DNA from: Acidobacteriota bacterium
GTDB taxonomy: Bacteria; Acidobacteriota; Thermoanaerobaculia; UBA5066
Length of the DNA: 64,000 nucleotides
Assembly (NCBI GenBank): GCA_008363385.1
Contig: RHKY01000031.1
Location: 6,522-70,521 of the forward strand
Direction: 5' to 3'
This document shows, in pieces, positions 36,790 through 45,597 of the stretch. Position numbers and translations under genes: made by a program. Below the pieces are notes generated by a model. It was given only the letters and a program-made list of their open reading frames with translations. It was not told the origin of the DNA and did no database searches. Position 1 is the stretch's first letter, and each line of letters starts with the position of its first letter.

Positions 36790-36884
36790 GGGACAGCTCC
36801 TTCAGCGTCCGGGCTGCCGGCCAGTCGGATCGGCCTCCCGGACATGCTTCCGGCTCATTCTATGGTGGGTCGCGCGCGGGCCCT

Positions 36885-38192
36885 TCACGGCGCCTGGACG
36901 AGGCCGGCGCCGACGTCGGTCGCGAGGAGCGGGAGGCGCTTGGCGGTCTGGGTGATCAGGGTCCAGATCTCGAGCGGCGTGGCGGTGGGGTTGGCCTCGG
37001 CGAGGAGGGCGGCGATGCCGGCGACGTGCGGCGTCGCCATGCTGGTGCCCGAGAGGCGCTGGTAGCGCTCGGGCATCGGGAAGCTGGAGTGGACGTCGAC
37101 GCCGGGGGCGGCGACGTCCACCTGGCCTCCCTTCGGGTCGAGGCCGCGGTTGGAGAAGGACGGGACGCGCAGCTTCGGGTCGAGGGCGCCGACGGCCATC
37201 ACCGAGGGGCAGTTGGCCGGGTGGCCGACGGGGGCGAAGTGCCCGGTTCGCCGCTCGCTCTCGTTGCCGGCGGCCGCGACGACGAGCGTCCCCTTCTTCA
37301 GGCCGCGCTTGGCGGCCGTCTCGAAGACCTTCGAGTACGGCTGGCCAAGCGAGACCTCGGCCCCGAGGGACATCGAGACGACGCGGCAGCCCTTCGAGAT
37401 GGCCCAGTTGACGCCCGCGAGGATCCAGCCGTCCGCCCCGCCGCCGTTGTCGTCGAGGACCTTCCCGGCGTGGATCCCGGCCTCGTGGGCGACGCCGTAC
37501 CGGGGCATGTGGTACGGCGCCTTCGGGCCGCACGCGGTGCCGATGCAGTGGGTGCCGTGGCCGTGGCCGTCCTGCGGCTTCGACCCCGGGACGAAGCTCT
37601 CGGCGACGATCTCGCGGTGCGGGTAGTCGGGGTGCTTGAGGTCGAAGCCGGTGTCGAGGACGGCGACCTTCACTCCCTTTCCCGAGAAGGCCGAGCGGTG
37701 GACGTTCGTGGCTTGCAGGCCCCAGGTGTACTCGCTCTCGCCGAGGGCGGGCGAGCCGAGGAGATCCAGGGCTCCGGGGGCGGCTTCTGCCGCGAGCTGG
37801 GCAACGAGGTCGTTGACGGCGTCGCGGTAGCCGCGGAGGTACTCGGGGAGGTGGGACGGGTCGTCGTGAAGGGCGCGGACGGCCCTCTCCGGCTCGACGG
37901 CGAGGAGGGGGCCCTGGGCCGAGGCCTTCTCGGCGAGCGAGCGGGCTTGGTCGGGGTCCGCGTCGACGAGGGCGACCCCCAGCTCGTGGAGGACGTAGGC
38001 GTCGGCCTCGCCCAGGTCGTCTTCCGTGGCCCGGCAGCCGGCGAAGTCGGCGCTGCACGCCGCCCGCAGGCCGGCGGCGTTCCTGAGGTCCGCGACGCCG
38101 AACCCGTCCAGCCCCTCGCGGAAGAGGACGAGGAGCCGGCCGGTGGTGGCGGGCGCCTTCGCGGGCGGGGGTTCGAGGCGAGGCTTTCTCAT
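36885..38192 (-). CDS. S8-family subtilisin-like serine peptidase
   Basis: Catalytic triad regions VAVLDTGFD (Asp), HGHGTHCIGT (His), GTSMATPHVAG (Ser). 435 aa. No obvious signal peptide. Last 54 nt (36885..36938) form direct-repeat copy A. Confidence 0.85.
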   Translation of the reverse strand: MRKPRLEPPPAKAPATTGRLLVLFREGLDGFGVADLRNAAGLRAACSADFAGCRATEDDLGEADAYVLHELGVALVDADPDQARSLAEKASAQGPLLAVEPERAVRALHDDPSHLPEYLRGYRDAVNDLVAQLAAEAAPGALDLLGSPALGESEYTWGLQATNVHRSAFSGKGVKVAVLDTGFDLKHPDYPHREIVAESFVPGSKPQDGHGHGTHCIGTACGPKAPYHMPRYGVAHEAGIHAGKVLDDNGGGADGWILAGVNWAISKGCRVVSMSLGAEVSLGQPYSKVFETAAKRGLKKGTLVVAAAGNESERRTGHFAPVGHPANCPSVMAVGALDPKLRVPSFSNRGLDPKGGQVDVAAPGVDVHSSFPMPERYQRLSGTSMATPHVAGIAALLAEANPTATPLEIWTLITQTAKRLPLLATDVGAGLVQAP

Positions 38193-38198
38193 GTTCTT

Positions 38199-38215
38199 CT
38201 AAAGGGACACTTTAG
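38199..38215. promoter_or_regulatory. AT-rich palindrome CTAAAG-GGACA-CTTTAG 7-24 bp upstream of protease ATG, followed by a GC hairpin (38224..38246)
   Basis: 30-bp AT-rich island in 70%+ GC context. Inverted repeat read directly. Function inferred. Confidence 0.3.
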
Positions 38216-38442
38216 GATTCTCACGCCCCGGCGGTCAGCCGGGGCGTCTCGTCTCGGAGGGACCGAGTTCCCGGGGCCACTCCGGCCGCGTAGGCCTGCC
38301 CGCAGCGCGACGCACGTCGTTGGCCATCCGTTGGAGGACGAGGAGGATGCCGAGCTTCCGCTCTATGGGGAGTCGGGCCAGCTCCAGCCGCCTCTGGCGC
38401 TTCGCCTCGAAGATGGCGATCTCGGGTCCGCTCACGACGACG

Positions 38443-38961
38443 TCAGGTCCCACGGACACCTCCTGACCACGCGGCCCAACGCTCGGCGAGCCCGAACCTC
38501 TCGAGAATCGAAGCGAGCCGGCGCGCATCCACCTCCGCTTCCTCGAGCAGCTGTTGCGCCCGGACACGGTCCTTCGACCGCCCCGTCTGAACAGCAATGG
38601 CGAGAAGGTACTCCACCCGGACGACCCTCGTCGGAGTCCCTCCAACCGTGTGCGGCTGCGCGTTGCGCGCGGCCTCCAGCACCAGGGAGTTGTACGCCGG
38701 AAGGAGCTGCACCGGGATGCCATGAAGAACGACGTGCTCGCCCTGCGGGACTCCGCCGCGACTCTTCAGGAATGCCAGCTGCGGCTCCATCGTGACGACG
38801 GCAGCGTTCGCCTGGCTCTCGGATAGAACGACGAAGACGTCGAGGTCGTGCGTCGCGACCGGTTCAGCGTAGAAGAGCGCGGCCACAGCGCCCCCGATCG
38901 CGTACGTCTCGACGAGACCCGCCTCGACGAGCTCGTTCAGGACTTCGAGAACGGCTTCCAT
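38443..38961 (-). CDS. Pol-beta-superfamily nucleotidyltransferase-like protein (AbiEii/DUF2204-like)
   Basis: From M38 of track ORF: YAIGGAVAALFYAEPVATHDLDVFVV (G[GS]-x(n)-DxD). 172 aa. Paralog of the next gene. Confidence 0.5.
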   Translation of the reverse strand: MEAVLEVLNELVEAGLVETYAIGGAVAALFYAEPVATHDLDVFVVLSESQANAAVVTMEPQLAFLKSRGGVPQGEHVVLHGIPVQLLPAYNSLVLEAARNAQPHTVGGTPTRVVRVEYLLAIAVQTGRSKDRVRAQQLLEEAEVDARRLASILERFGLAERWAAWSGGVRGT

Positions 38962-38971
38962 CGTGATTCGT

Positions 38972-39538
38972 TCAGGCTCGCTGCTCGCCCGGCGGGAGGA
39001 TCTTCTCGAGGAGGTGAGTGACGCCGGCGCTGGCTGCCTCGCGCCGGATGTAGGCGAGGTCGATGGCCTCACCGCAGCCAGCGAGGACGGAGGCCGCGTC
39101 TCGGAGCTGGCGCTCGGATCCGGAGAGGGCGGCCCACTTGAGCTTCGAGACGATGGAGCCCTCCGGGGAGATGACGTAGACGTCGACGTCGAACAGGCGC
39201 GCCCCCCTCCGCCTCGCGAGCTCGCCGCGCTCGAAAGGCCGATCGGGGCACACGATCAAGTCCGCCTTCCATCCGGACTCGAGGTGGATGACATTGAGCA
39301 TCCCCCGGGTCCTCAGGGCCTCGGCGGCCTCGTCCCGGCTGACGTAGAAGCCCTCCTTCAGCTCGTCCAGCAGACGGCTCAGCTGCGCTGGCCGCGGGTC
39401 GAAGACGACGTCGACGTCCTGGGTGGCTCGTGGCTCGCCGTAGAAGGCGGAGGCGGTGGAGCCAGTGATCATCCAGGGTATCCCCGCGGCATTCAGGGCA
39501 GCCGCGAGCCGGACGAGGATGTCGCGTGGAGAGGTCAT
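38972..39538 (-). CDS. Pol-beta-superfamily nucleotidyltransferase-like protein (AbiEii-like), paralog
   Basis: From M73 of track ORF: ITGSTASAFYGEPRATQDVDVVFDP. ...SIVSKLKWAALSGSERQLRDAASVL resembles the AbiEii C-region. ATG overlaps stop of upstream small ORF. Confidence 0.5.
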   Translation of the reverse strand: MTSPRDILVRLAAALNAAGIPWMITGSTASAFYGEPRATQDVDVVFDPRPAQLSRLLDELKEGFYVSRDEAAEALRTRGMLNVIHLESGWKADLIVCPDRPFERGELARRRGARLFDVDVYVISPEGSIVSKLKWAALSGSERQLRDAASVLAGCGEAIDLAYIRREAASAGVTHLLEKILPPGEQRA

Positions 39539-39813
39539 CGGCTCGAGCCCGCGGCGCCTGTGAAGCGATCCGCCAGTGCGTCGCCGTAGATGCGCCGGAA
39601 GAGCTCTGTGCGAAGCCGGAAGTCGTCGTACTCCGGGTGACGCATCCGGATGCCCGCGAGGACGGCCTCGCGGGCGAGCTCCGACGCCGCGAAGGCTGCC
39701 TCGACACGCCCCTCCGGGCCGAGCCGGGCGTGGATCTCCCGGACCTTTCTCCAAGCCGCCTCCGAAGTGTCGAGGGGGCGAGAGAAGGGATGGGGATGTT
39801 CTGGCGAGGTCAC
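39535..39813 (-). CDS. Hypothetical 92-aa protein, first gene of NTase-paralog operon
   Basis: ORF with balanced composition. Positional coupling to downstream NTase gene. Confidence 0.35.
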   Translation of the reverse strand: MTSPEHPHPFSRPLDTSEAAWRKVREIHARLGPEGRVEAAFAASELAREAVLAGIRMRHPEYDDFRLRTELFRRIYGDALADRFTGAAGSSR

Positions 39814-39871
39814 CGGTAGATGGAGGCTCGATGGCCTACGCGGAACCTGTAGGTACCGAGCGCCGGCTGAG

Positions 39872-40123
39872 TCAGATGCTCGGCGCTCCGAAGAGCCTCT
39901 CGTGGGAATGCTTCTTTCCGGCTGCGTACTGGGCGCGGGCCTCGCGAATGCCCGCGAGATAGCGCGGGGAAGACGCCGCGAGGAGCTCCTCGAGGAACAC
40001 CTCTCGGTCTGCCTTCTTCATCCGCTGAACGGCGGAGATGATCACGGCCGGGCTCAGGTCCATCCGAACTGTCACCGGGGCCGTCCGGTCGCCGACGGAG
40101 GTCGTCTCTCGCTTCATGGTCAT
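39872..40123 (-). CDS. Hypothetical small protein (RHH/ParD-like antitoxin candidate)
   Basis: 83 aa. ...REVFLEELLAASSPRYLAGIREARAQYAAGK weakly resembles ParD-type antitoxins. Follows relE. Confidence 0.3.
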   Translation of the reverse strand: MTMKRETTSVGDRTAPVTVRMDLSPAVIISAVQRMKKADREVFLEELLAASSPRYLAGIREARAQYAAGKKHSHERLFGAPSI

Positions 40124-40174
40124 GCGCGTTCTATCCGGGGTCCGCTCCGCTCCCGCGTTTACGGCTCTTCCGGA

Positions 40175-40453
40175 TCAGCGCCCCAGGAGGCGCGCCACCC
40201 TCGCGTAGACGTCGCGGCGATGGCCGACCGTGACCACGACGACTGTGACCTTCTCTCCCTGGACCTGGTAGACGATCCGCCAGTCGCCGGTGCGCCAGGA
40301 GCGGAGGCCTTTGAGCTCGAAATGGAGCGGCTTTCCGAGAGTCGGGTCGGACGCGAGCTCGAGGACCGCTCTCCGGACTCTCTCGCGGACCGCAGGGTCG
40401 AGCTTCCGGATCGCGTCTCGGGCCGAGTGGGTGTAGACGACCGTCCAGGTCAA
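40175..40453 (-). CDS. relE: RelE/ParE-family toxin
   Basis: MTWTVVYTHSARDAIRKLDPAVRERVRRAVLELASDP...LRSWRTGDWRIVYQV typical RelE/ParE. ATGA overlap with antitoxin gene. Confidence 0.8.
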   Translation of the reverse strand: MTWTVVYTHSARDAIRKLDPAVRERVRRAVLELASDPTLGKPLHFELKGLRSWRTGDWRIVYQVQGEKVTVVVVTVGHRRDVYARVARLLGR

Positions 40454-40704
40454 CCCCAGACCTCGTCTTGACCGACGACGCGCCCCTCACGGAGGTCCTT
40501 CAGGCCCGAGCGGATTCGCTTCATCAACCGCGGGTCGGAAAGGATCTCCAGGGTCTCCAGGAGCCCCTCGTACTCGTCGACGGAAACCAGCACACCCGCC
40601 GGGTGCCCCGACCGGGTGATGACGAGTGGCTCGCCGAGGTCTTCAACTCGCGCCAGCAGCCCAGCCAGGTGGGCCTTCGCTTCGGAGAGAGGGACCTGCT
40701 TCAT
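40450..40704 (-). CDS. yefM: Phd/YefM-family antitoxin
   Basis: MKQVPLSEAKAHLAGLLARVEDLGEPLVITRSGHPAGVLVSVDEYEGLLETLE canonical YefM. Confidence 0.8.
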   Translation of the reverse strand: MKQVPLSEAKAHLAGLLARVEDLGEPLVITRSGHPAGVLVSVDEYEGLLETLEILSDPRLMKRIRSGLKDLREGRVVGQDEVWG

Positions 40705-40734
40705 GACCTGATTATGGACTAGAATTCAGACCAC

Positions 40735-42669
40735 TCAGTCCAGCGGGATCTCGGACTTCCAGTCGCCCTTCTCGTGGTAGGGGGGCTGGCCTTCCTTGTC
40801 GAGGACGAAGGTCTCGAGGACCAGGGCGTCCATGTTCGTCCGCATGAAGCAGCGGTAGCTGTCCTCGGGGGTGCAGACGATCGGCTCGCCGCGGACGTTG
40901 AAGCTGGTGTTGACGACGACCGGGCAGCCGGTCTTCTGCCGGAAGGCCTCGAGGATCTCCCAGTAGAGGGGGTTCGTCTCCTTGCGGACGGTCTGGATCC
41001 GGGCGGAGTAGTCGACGTGCGTGACGGCCGGGATCTCGGACCGGACGACGTTGAGCTTGTCGATCCCCCAGAGGGCCTCTTCCTGGGACGTCATCTTCCG
41101 CTGCCGCTTCTTCGCCACGTCGGCCACGAGGAGCATGTACGGGCTGTCGACGGCGAGGTCGAACCACTCGGCGGCGTGCTCGCGCAGGACCGACGGCGCG
41201 AACGGCCGGAACCCTTCGCGGAACTTGATCTTGACGTTCATCGTGGCCTGCATCCTCGGCAAGCGGGGGTCGCCCAGGATGCTGCGCGAGCCGAGCGCTC
41301 GCGGGCCGAACTCCATCCGCCCCTGGTGGAGGCCGACGACCTTCTCCTGCGTCAGGAGTTCGGCGACGGCGCCGGGGAGAGCTTCGCGCTCGACGCGGCG
41401 GTACGGGAGCTTCCGCGCGTCGAGGAAGGCCCGGATCTCCTCCTCGGTGTGGCGCGGGCCGAGGTAGGCCCCCTTCATCCCGTCGGCGTAGGGCGCGGGC
41501 TGGCCGTTCCCCTTCGCGGGTGCGACCCACGTGCCGGCCTTCTCGGGGCTCGTCCGCGGGTTGCCGAGGTAACGGTGCCAGAGCGAGAGGGCGATGCCGA
41601 CGGCTCCCCCGGCGTCCCCGGCCGCGGGCTGGATCCAGACATTCTCGAACGGCCCCTCGCGCAGGATCCGCCCGTTGCCGACGCAGTTGAGGGCGACGCC
41701 GCCGGCCATGCAGAGGTTCGTCAGGCCCGTCTCCCTGTGCGCGAAGCGGGCCATCTTCAGCATCGACTCCTCGGTGACCTCCTGGATCGACCGGGCGAGG
41801 TCGAGGTCCTTCTGTGTCATCTTCGTCTCGGGCTCGCGCGCCGGGCCGCCGAAGAGCTTCTCGAAGGCGCGGTTGGTCATCCGCAGGCCGTCGGCGTATC
41901 CGAAGTAGTCCTGGTTGAGCCGGATCGAGCCGTCGTCGCGGACCTCGACGAGCTTCTCCCGGATGAGGCCGACGTACTTCGGCTCGCCGTAGGGGGCAAG
42001 GCCCATGACCTTGTACTCGCCGGAGTTGACCTTGAAGCCCGTGTAGTACGTGAAGGCGCTGTAGAGGAGCCCGAGGCTGTCGGGGAAGCGGAGCTCGCGG
42101 AGGAGCGTCAGCTCGGTGCCGCGGCCGTAGCCGAGGGAGCTGGTCGCCCACTCGCCGACGCCGTCCATCGTGAGGATGGCGGCCTCCTCGAACGGCGAGG
42201 GGAAGAACGCGCTCGACGCGTGGCTCTCATGGTGGTCGCCGAAGAGGACCTTGCACGGCAGCGCCGCGCCCCGCTTCTTCGCAGCCTTCTCGTCGGTCTC
42301 GCCCGCGACCTTAGCCAGCTCGGTCCGGAGGACGTCCGGCAGCCAGAGCTTCTCCTTCATCCAGAGCGGCATCGCCTGGACGAACGAGGCGAAGCCCCGA
42401 GGGGCGTAATCGGTGTAGGTCTCCAGCAACCGGTCGAACTTGGTGAGCGGCTTGTCATAGAAGCCGACGAGGTCGACCTGCTCGGGGGTGATCCCGGCCT
42501 CCTTCAGGCACCAGGCGACGGCGTGGCGCGGGAAGCGGTGGTCGTGCTTCTTCCGCGAGAAGCGCTCTTCCTGCGCCGCGGCGAGGATCTCCCCGTCGAC
42601 GACGAGACACGCCGCCGAGTCGTGGTAGTAGGCCGAGATGCCGAGGATTCTGGTCAGGTTGCTGCTCAG
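40735..42669 (-). CDS. Carbamoyltransferase (NodU/CmcH/SxtI family)
   Basis: Track ORF (564 aa from TTG 42429) lacks the conserved N-domain. In-frame upstream translation gives SSNLTRILGISAYYHDSAACLVVDGEILAAAQEERFSRKKHDHRFP... with no ATG/GTG/TTG. CTG 42669..42667 overlaps TGA of the SxtK-like gene. Confidence 0.75.
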   Translation of the reverse strand: MSSNLTRILGISAYYHDSAACLVVDGEILAAAQEERFSRKKHDHRFPRHAVAWCLKEAGITPEQVDLVGFYDKPLTKFDRLLETYTDYAPRGFASFVQAMPLWMKEKLWLPDVLRTELAKVAGETDEKAAKKRGAALPCKVLFGDHHESHASSAFFPSPFEEAAILTMDGVGEWATSSLGYGRGTELTLLRELRFPDSLGLLYSAFTYYTGFKVNSGEYKVMGLAPYGEPKYVGLIREKLVEVRDDGSIRLNQDYFGYADGLRMTNRAFEKLFGGPAREPETKMTQKDLDLARSIQEVTEESMLKMARFAHRETGLTNLCMAGGVALNCVGNGRILREGPFENVWIQPAAGDAGGAVGIALSLWHRYLGNPRTSPEKAGTWVAPAKGNGQPAPYADGMKGAYLGPRHTEEEIRAFLDARKLPYRRVEREALPGAVAELLTQEKVVGLHQGRMEFGPRALGSRSILGDPRLPRMQATMNVKIKFREGFRPFAPSVLREHAAEWFDLAVDSPYMLLVADVAKKRQRKMTSQEEALWGIDKLNVVRSEIPAVTHVDYSARIQTVRKETNPLYWEILEAFRQKTGCPVVVNTSFNVRGEPIVCTPEDSYRCFMRTNMDALVLETFVLDKEGQPPYHEKGDWKSEIPLD

Positions 42670-42824
42670 AACAGCGTGTAGATGAACGGCGCGACGGCCG
42701 AGCCCTGCGAGACGACGAGGAGGAGGCCGACGAGGAGCAGGACGATGACGATCGGGGCGAGCCAGTACTTCTTGTTGTGCTTCAGGAACTCGCCGAACTC
42801 GGAGACGACTTGCAGCTTGCTCAT
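42666..42824 (-). CDS. DUF5989/SxtK-like small membrane protein
   Basis: 52 aa MSKLQVVSEFGEFLKHNKKYWLAPIVIVLLLVGLLLVVSQGSAVAPFIYTLF. Family characteristically adjacent to carbamoyltransferases. Confidence 0.55.
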   Translation of the reverse strand: MSKLQVVSEFGEFLKHNKKYWLAPIVIVLLLVGLLLVVSQGSAVAPFIYTLF

Positions 42825-42832
42825 CGCGGGCC

Positions 42833-43249
42833 TCAGTAGAGCTTCTCGTAGTGCTTCGGGTCGAGGTGGCGCGCCGGGTAGGGGTGCCAGTAGCTGTCGG
42901 CGGGGGCCGAGCGGCGGCGGAGCGGGTCCGAGCCGGTCAGGCGGCGAAAGATCCCGATCGGCGTGACGACGAGGTAGAAGACGACGAAGAGGACGACGCG
43001 GGTCATCACCCAGCCGAGCCCCTCGGCGAGCGTCATCCAGCCGCGGTGAGGGAGGGCGAGGGCCTTCGGCGCGGCCGCGCCGAGGAGGAAGAGGAGCGCG
43101 CCGATGCCGAGGAGGACAGGCGCCGCGACGGGGAACCGTCCGCGGAAGAGCCACCACCCGCCGATCGCGGCGAGGATCCCGCCCACCAGGAGCCCGAACG
43201 AGCGCAGCTCGCGGACGGAGGCGGGGGGGTGAGGCTGGGCTGGGCTCAT
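42833..43249 (-). CDS. SxtJ-like membrane protein
   Basis: 138 aa, 3-4 TM helices. Position and size match SxtJ partners of SxtI/SxtK-like genes. Confidence 0.5.
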   Translation of the reverse strand: MSPAQPHPPASVRELRSFGLLVGGILAAIGGWWLFRGRFPVAAPVLLGIGALLFLLGAAAPKALALPHRGWMTLAEGLGWVMTRVVLFVVFYLVVTPIGIFRRLTGSDPLRRRSAPADSYWHPYPARHLDPKHYEKLY

Positions 43250-43265
43250 CGAGCTCCCTGCAGAT

Positions 43266-43297
43266 CGAAAGTGATACTTTCGTTTATCCTGATAAAC
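43266..43297. promoter_or_regulatory. Divergent promoter region with two perfect palindromes: CGAAAGT-gat-ACTTTCG and GTTTATC-ct-GATAAAC
   Basis: Read directly. AT-rich 54-bp intergenic between sxtJ-like (minus) and AAA ATPase (plus) starts. Confidence 0.4.
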
Positions 43298-43302
43298 TGA
43301 GG

Positions 43303-44460
43303 TTGATGCTTCGACGGTCCCTGGCTCTCCCGTCTCGCCCCGAGACGACCTTCTCCCTCTGGGGACCCCGCCAGACCGGGAAGAGCACGCTCCTGCGCGC
43401 CACCTACCCGGACGCGACGTGGATCGACCTGCTGAAGTCCGACGAGATGGCGCGCTACCTGTCCCGGCCCGCGCTGCTTCGCGAGGAGCTGGAGGCCAGG
43501 CCCGCCACGGGAGTCGTCGTCGTCGACGAGGTGCAGAAGGTGCCGGCGCTCCTCGACGAGATCCACTGGCTGATCGAGAACCGCAGACGTGTCTTCGCGC
43601 TCTGCGGGTCGAGCGCGCGCAAGGTCCGGCGGTCCCACGCGAACCTGCTCGGAGGGCGCGCCGTCCGCTACGAGCTGACCGGCCTCGTGGCGCCGGAGCT
43701 GGGAACGGCGTTCGACCTGGACCGGATGCTGAACCACGGAACGCTTCCCCGGCACTACCTCTCCGACGAACCGCGGCCGCTCCTGCGGGCTTACGTGGGG
43801 GACTACCTGAAGGAGGAGATCGCGGCCGAAGGGATCGTCCGGAGGATCCCAGCCTTCTCGGGCTTCCTGGCGGCGGCCGCGCTCGCGGACGGCGAGATGG
43901 TCAGCTACGCGACGATCGCGCGGGACTGCGGCGTCTCGGCGCCCACGGTGAACGGGTACTTCGAGATCCTCGTCGACACGCTGCTCGGCCGGTTCGTCCC
44001 CTCGTTCACGCGCCGGCCGAAGCGCCGCGTGATCCAGGCCCCGAAGTTCTACTTCGCCGACGTGGGCGTCGTGAACGTCCTGGCCCGCCGCGGCCGGGTC
44101 GAGCGCGGGTCCGAGCTGTACGGGAAGGCGTTCGAGAGCTGGGTGCTGCACGAGCTGTGGGCCGCGTCCCGCTACCGGGAGCTCTACTTCGAGATCTCGT
44201 ACTGGAGGGTGGCCAGCGGGTTCGAGGTGGACTTCGTCCTGGGAGACATGGAGGCCGCCGTCGAGGCGAAGGCGGTCGAGCGCGTCACGTCCGATCACCT
44301 GAAGGGGCTTCGTCAGCTCGCCGTCGACCACCCGGAAACGCGGCAACGGTGGCTCGTCTGCCTGGAGCCCCGGGCCCGGAGGACCGAGGACGGGATCGAC
44401 ATCCTGCCGTACCGCGAGTTCGTCCGGCGCATCTGGAACGAGGAGCTGCCTCGCGGCTGA
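43303..44460 (+). CDS. AAA-family ATPase with DUF4143 C-terminal domain
   Basis: Walker A GPRQTGKST, Walker B VVVVDEVQ. C-terminal region typical of AAA_14+DUF4143 proteins. ATG at 43306 is the likely start. Confidence 0.75.
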   Translation: MMLRRSLALPSRPETTFSLWGPRQTGKSTLLRATYPDATWIDLLKSDEMARYLSRPALLREELEARPATGVVVVDEVQKVPALLDEIHWLIENRRRVFALCGSSARKVRRSHANLLGGRAVRYELTGLVAPELGTAFDLDRMLNHGTLPRHYLSDEPRPLLRAYVGDYLKEEIAAEGIVRRIPAFSGFLAAAALADGEMVSYATIARDCGVSAPTVNGYFEILVDTLLGRFVPSFTRRPKRRVIQAPKFYFADVGVVNVLARRGRVERGSELYGKAFESWVLHELWAASRYRELYFEISYWRVASGFEVDFVLGDMEAAVEAKAVERVTSDHLKGLRQLAVDHPETRQRWLVCLEPRARRTEDGIDILPYREFVRRIWNEELPRG

Positions 44461-44567
44461 ACCCCGGCAGCCTTCGAACGAGGTCTTCCCTGCTGACCGG
44501 GGAGAGCCGCGTTGAGGTAGTCGAGGAGCATCGCCGAAGAGATCCTATCTCACCGTGGAATCGATAG

Positions 44568-45548
44568 TCAGGCGGACTGCGCGCCCGCGGGCCTCGCCCC
44601 GAGCCACCAGTCGAGCGTCCTGGCGAGGCCGTCCTTCATCGTCGTGGTCGCGCGCCAGCCGAAGCGCTCGGCGGCGCGGGTGGTGTCGAGCTTCCTCCGC
44701 GGCTGGCCGTTGGGCTGGCTCGTGTCCCAGACGATCCCGCCCTCGAAGCCGACGAGGGCGCGGATCGTCTCGGCGAGGTCCTTGATCGAGATCTCCTCGC
44801 CGGAGCCGAGGTTGACGGGGTCCTCGCCGTCGTACCGCTCGGCCGCAGCGAGGATCCCCTCGGCGGCGTCCTCGACGTAGAGGAACTCGCGCGTGGAGCT
44901 GCCGTCGCCCCAGAGGGTGACGCTCGTCTCGCCGCGGTCCTTGGCCTCGAGGAACTTCCGGATCATGGCGGGGATGACGTGGCTGGTGACGAGGTCGAAG
45001 TTGTCGCGCGGGCCGTAGAGGTTCACCGGGAGGAGGAAGACGCCCGGGAAGCCGAACTCCTGCCGGTAGCCCTGGAGCATGACGAGGAGCGACTTCTTGG
45101 CGATGCCGTACGGGGCGTTCGTCTCCTCGGGGTAGCCGTTCCAGAGGTCCTCCTCGCGGAACGGGACGGGCGTGAACTTGGGGTAGGCGCAGATGGTCCC
45201 GAGCTGGACGAACTTCTCGAAGCCGGGAAGGCGCCCCTCCTCGATCCCCGCGCGGCAGGCCTCGATCAGGTGGATCCCCATCAGGGCGTTGTCGCGGAAG
45301 AAGCTGCCGGGGTGGAGGCGGTTGGCGCCGATGCCGCCGACCTTGGCCGCGGCGTGGATGACGACGTGCGGCCGCGACCAGGCCAGGCACCTCTCGACGT
45401 CCTCGACCCGCGTCAGGTCGAACTGCTCGATCCGCGGGACGAAGACCTCGGTCCCCGCGAGGGCCTGGAGCCGCTCGACGAGGTGGCTGCCGAGGAAACC
45501 GGCACCACCGGTCACGAGGACGCGCTTGCCGGCGAGGGTGATCGTCAC
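44568..45548 (-). CDS. fcl: GDP-L-fucose synthase (GDP-4-keto-6-deoxy-D-mannose 3,5-epimerase/4-reductase)
   Basis: [19 protein letters not shown] catalytic pair. [19 protein letters not shown] signature of Fcl. Confidence 0.85.
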   Translation of the reverse strand: MTITLAGKRVLVTGGAGFLGSHLVERLQALAGTEVFVPRIEQFDLTRVEDVERCLAWSRPHVVIHAAAKVGGIGANRLHPGSFFRDNALMGIHLIEACRAGIEEGRLPGFEKFVQLGTICAYPKFTPVPFREEDLWNGYPEETNAPYGIAKKSLLVMLQGYRQEFGFPGVFLLPVNLYGPRDNFDLVTSHVIPAMIRKFLEAKDRGETSVTLWGDGSSTREFLYVEDAAEGILAAAERYDGEDPVNLGSGEEISIKDLAETIRALVGFEGGIVWDTSQPNGQPRRKLDTTRAAERFGWRATTTMKDGLARTLDWWLGARPAGAQSA

Positions 45549-45597
45549 TGCTGTCTTTTCGTCGCGATGGCGCTACGGCCGGATCCAGACGCGTCGT

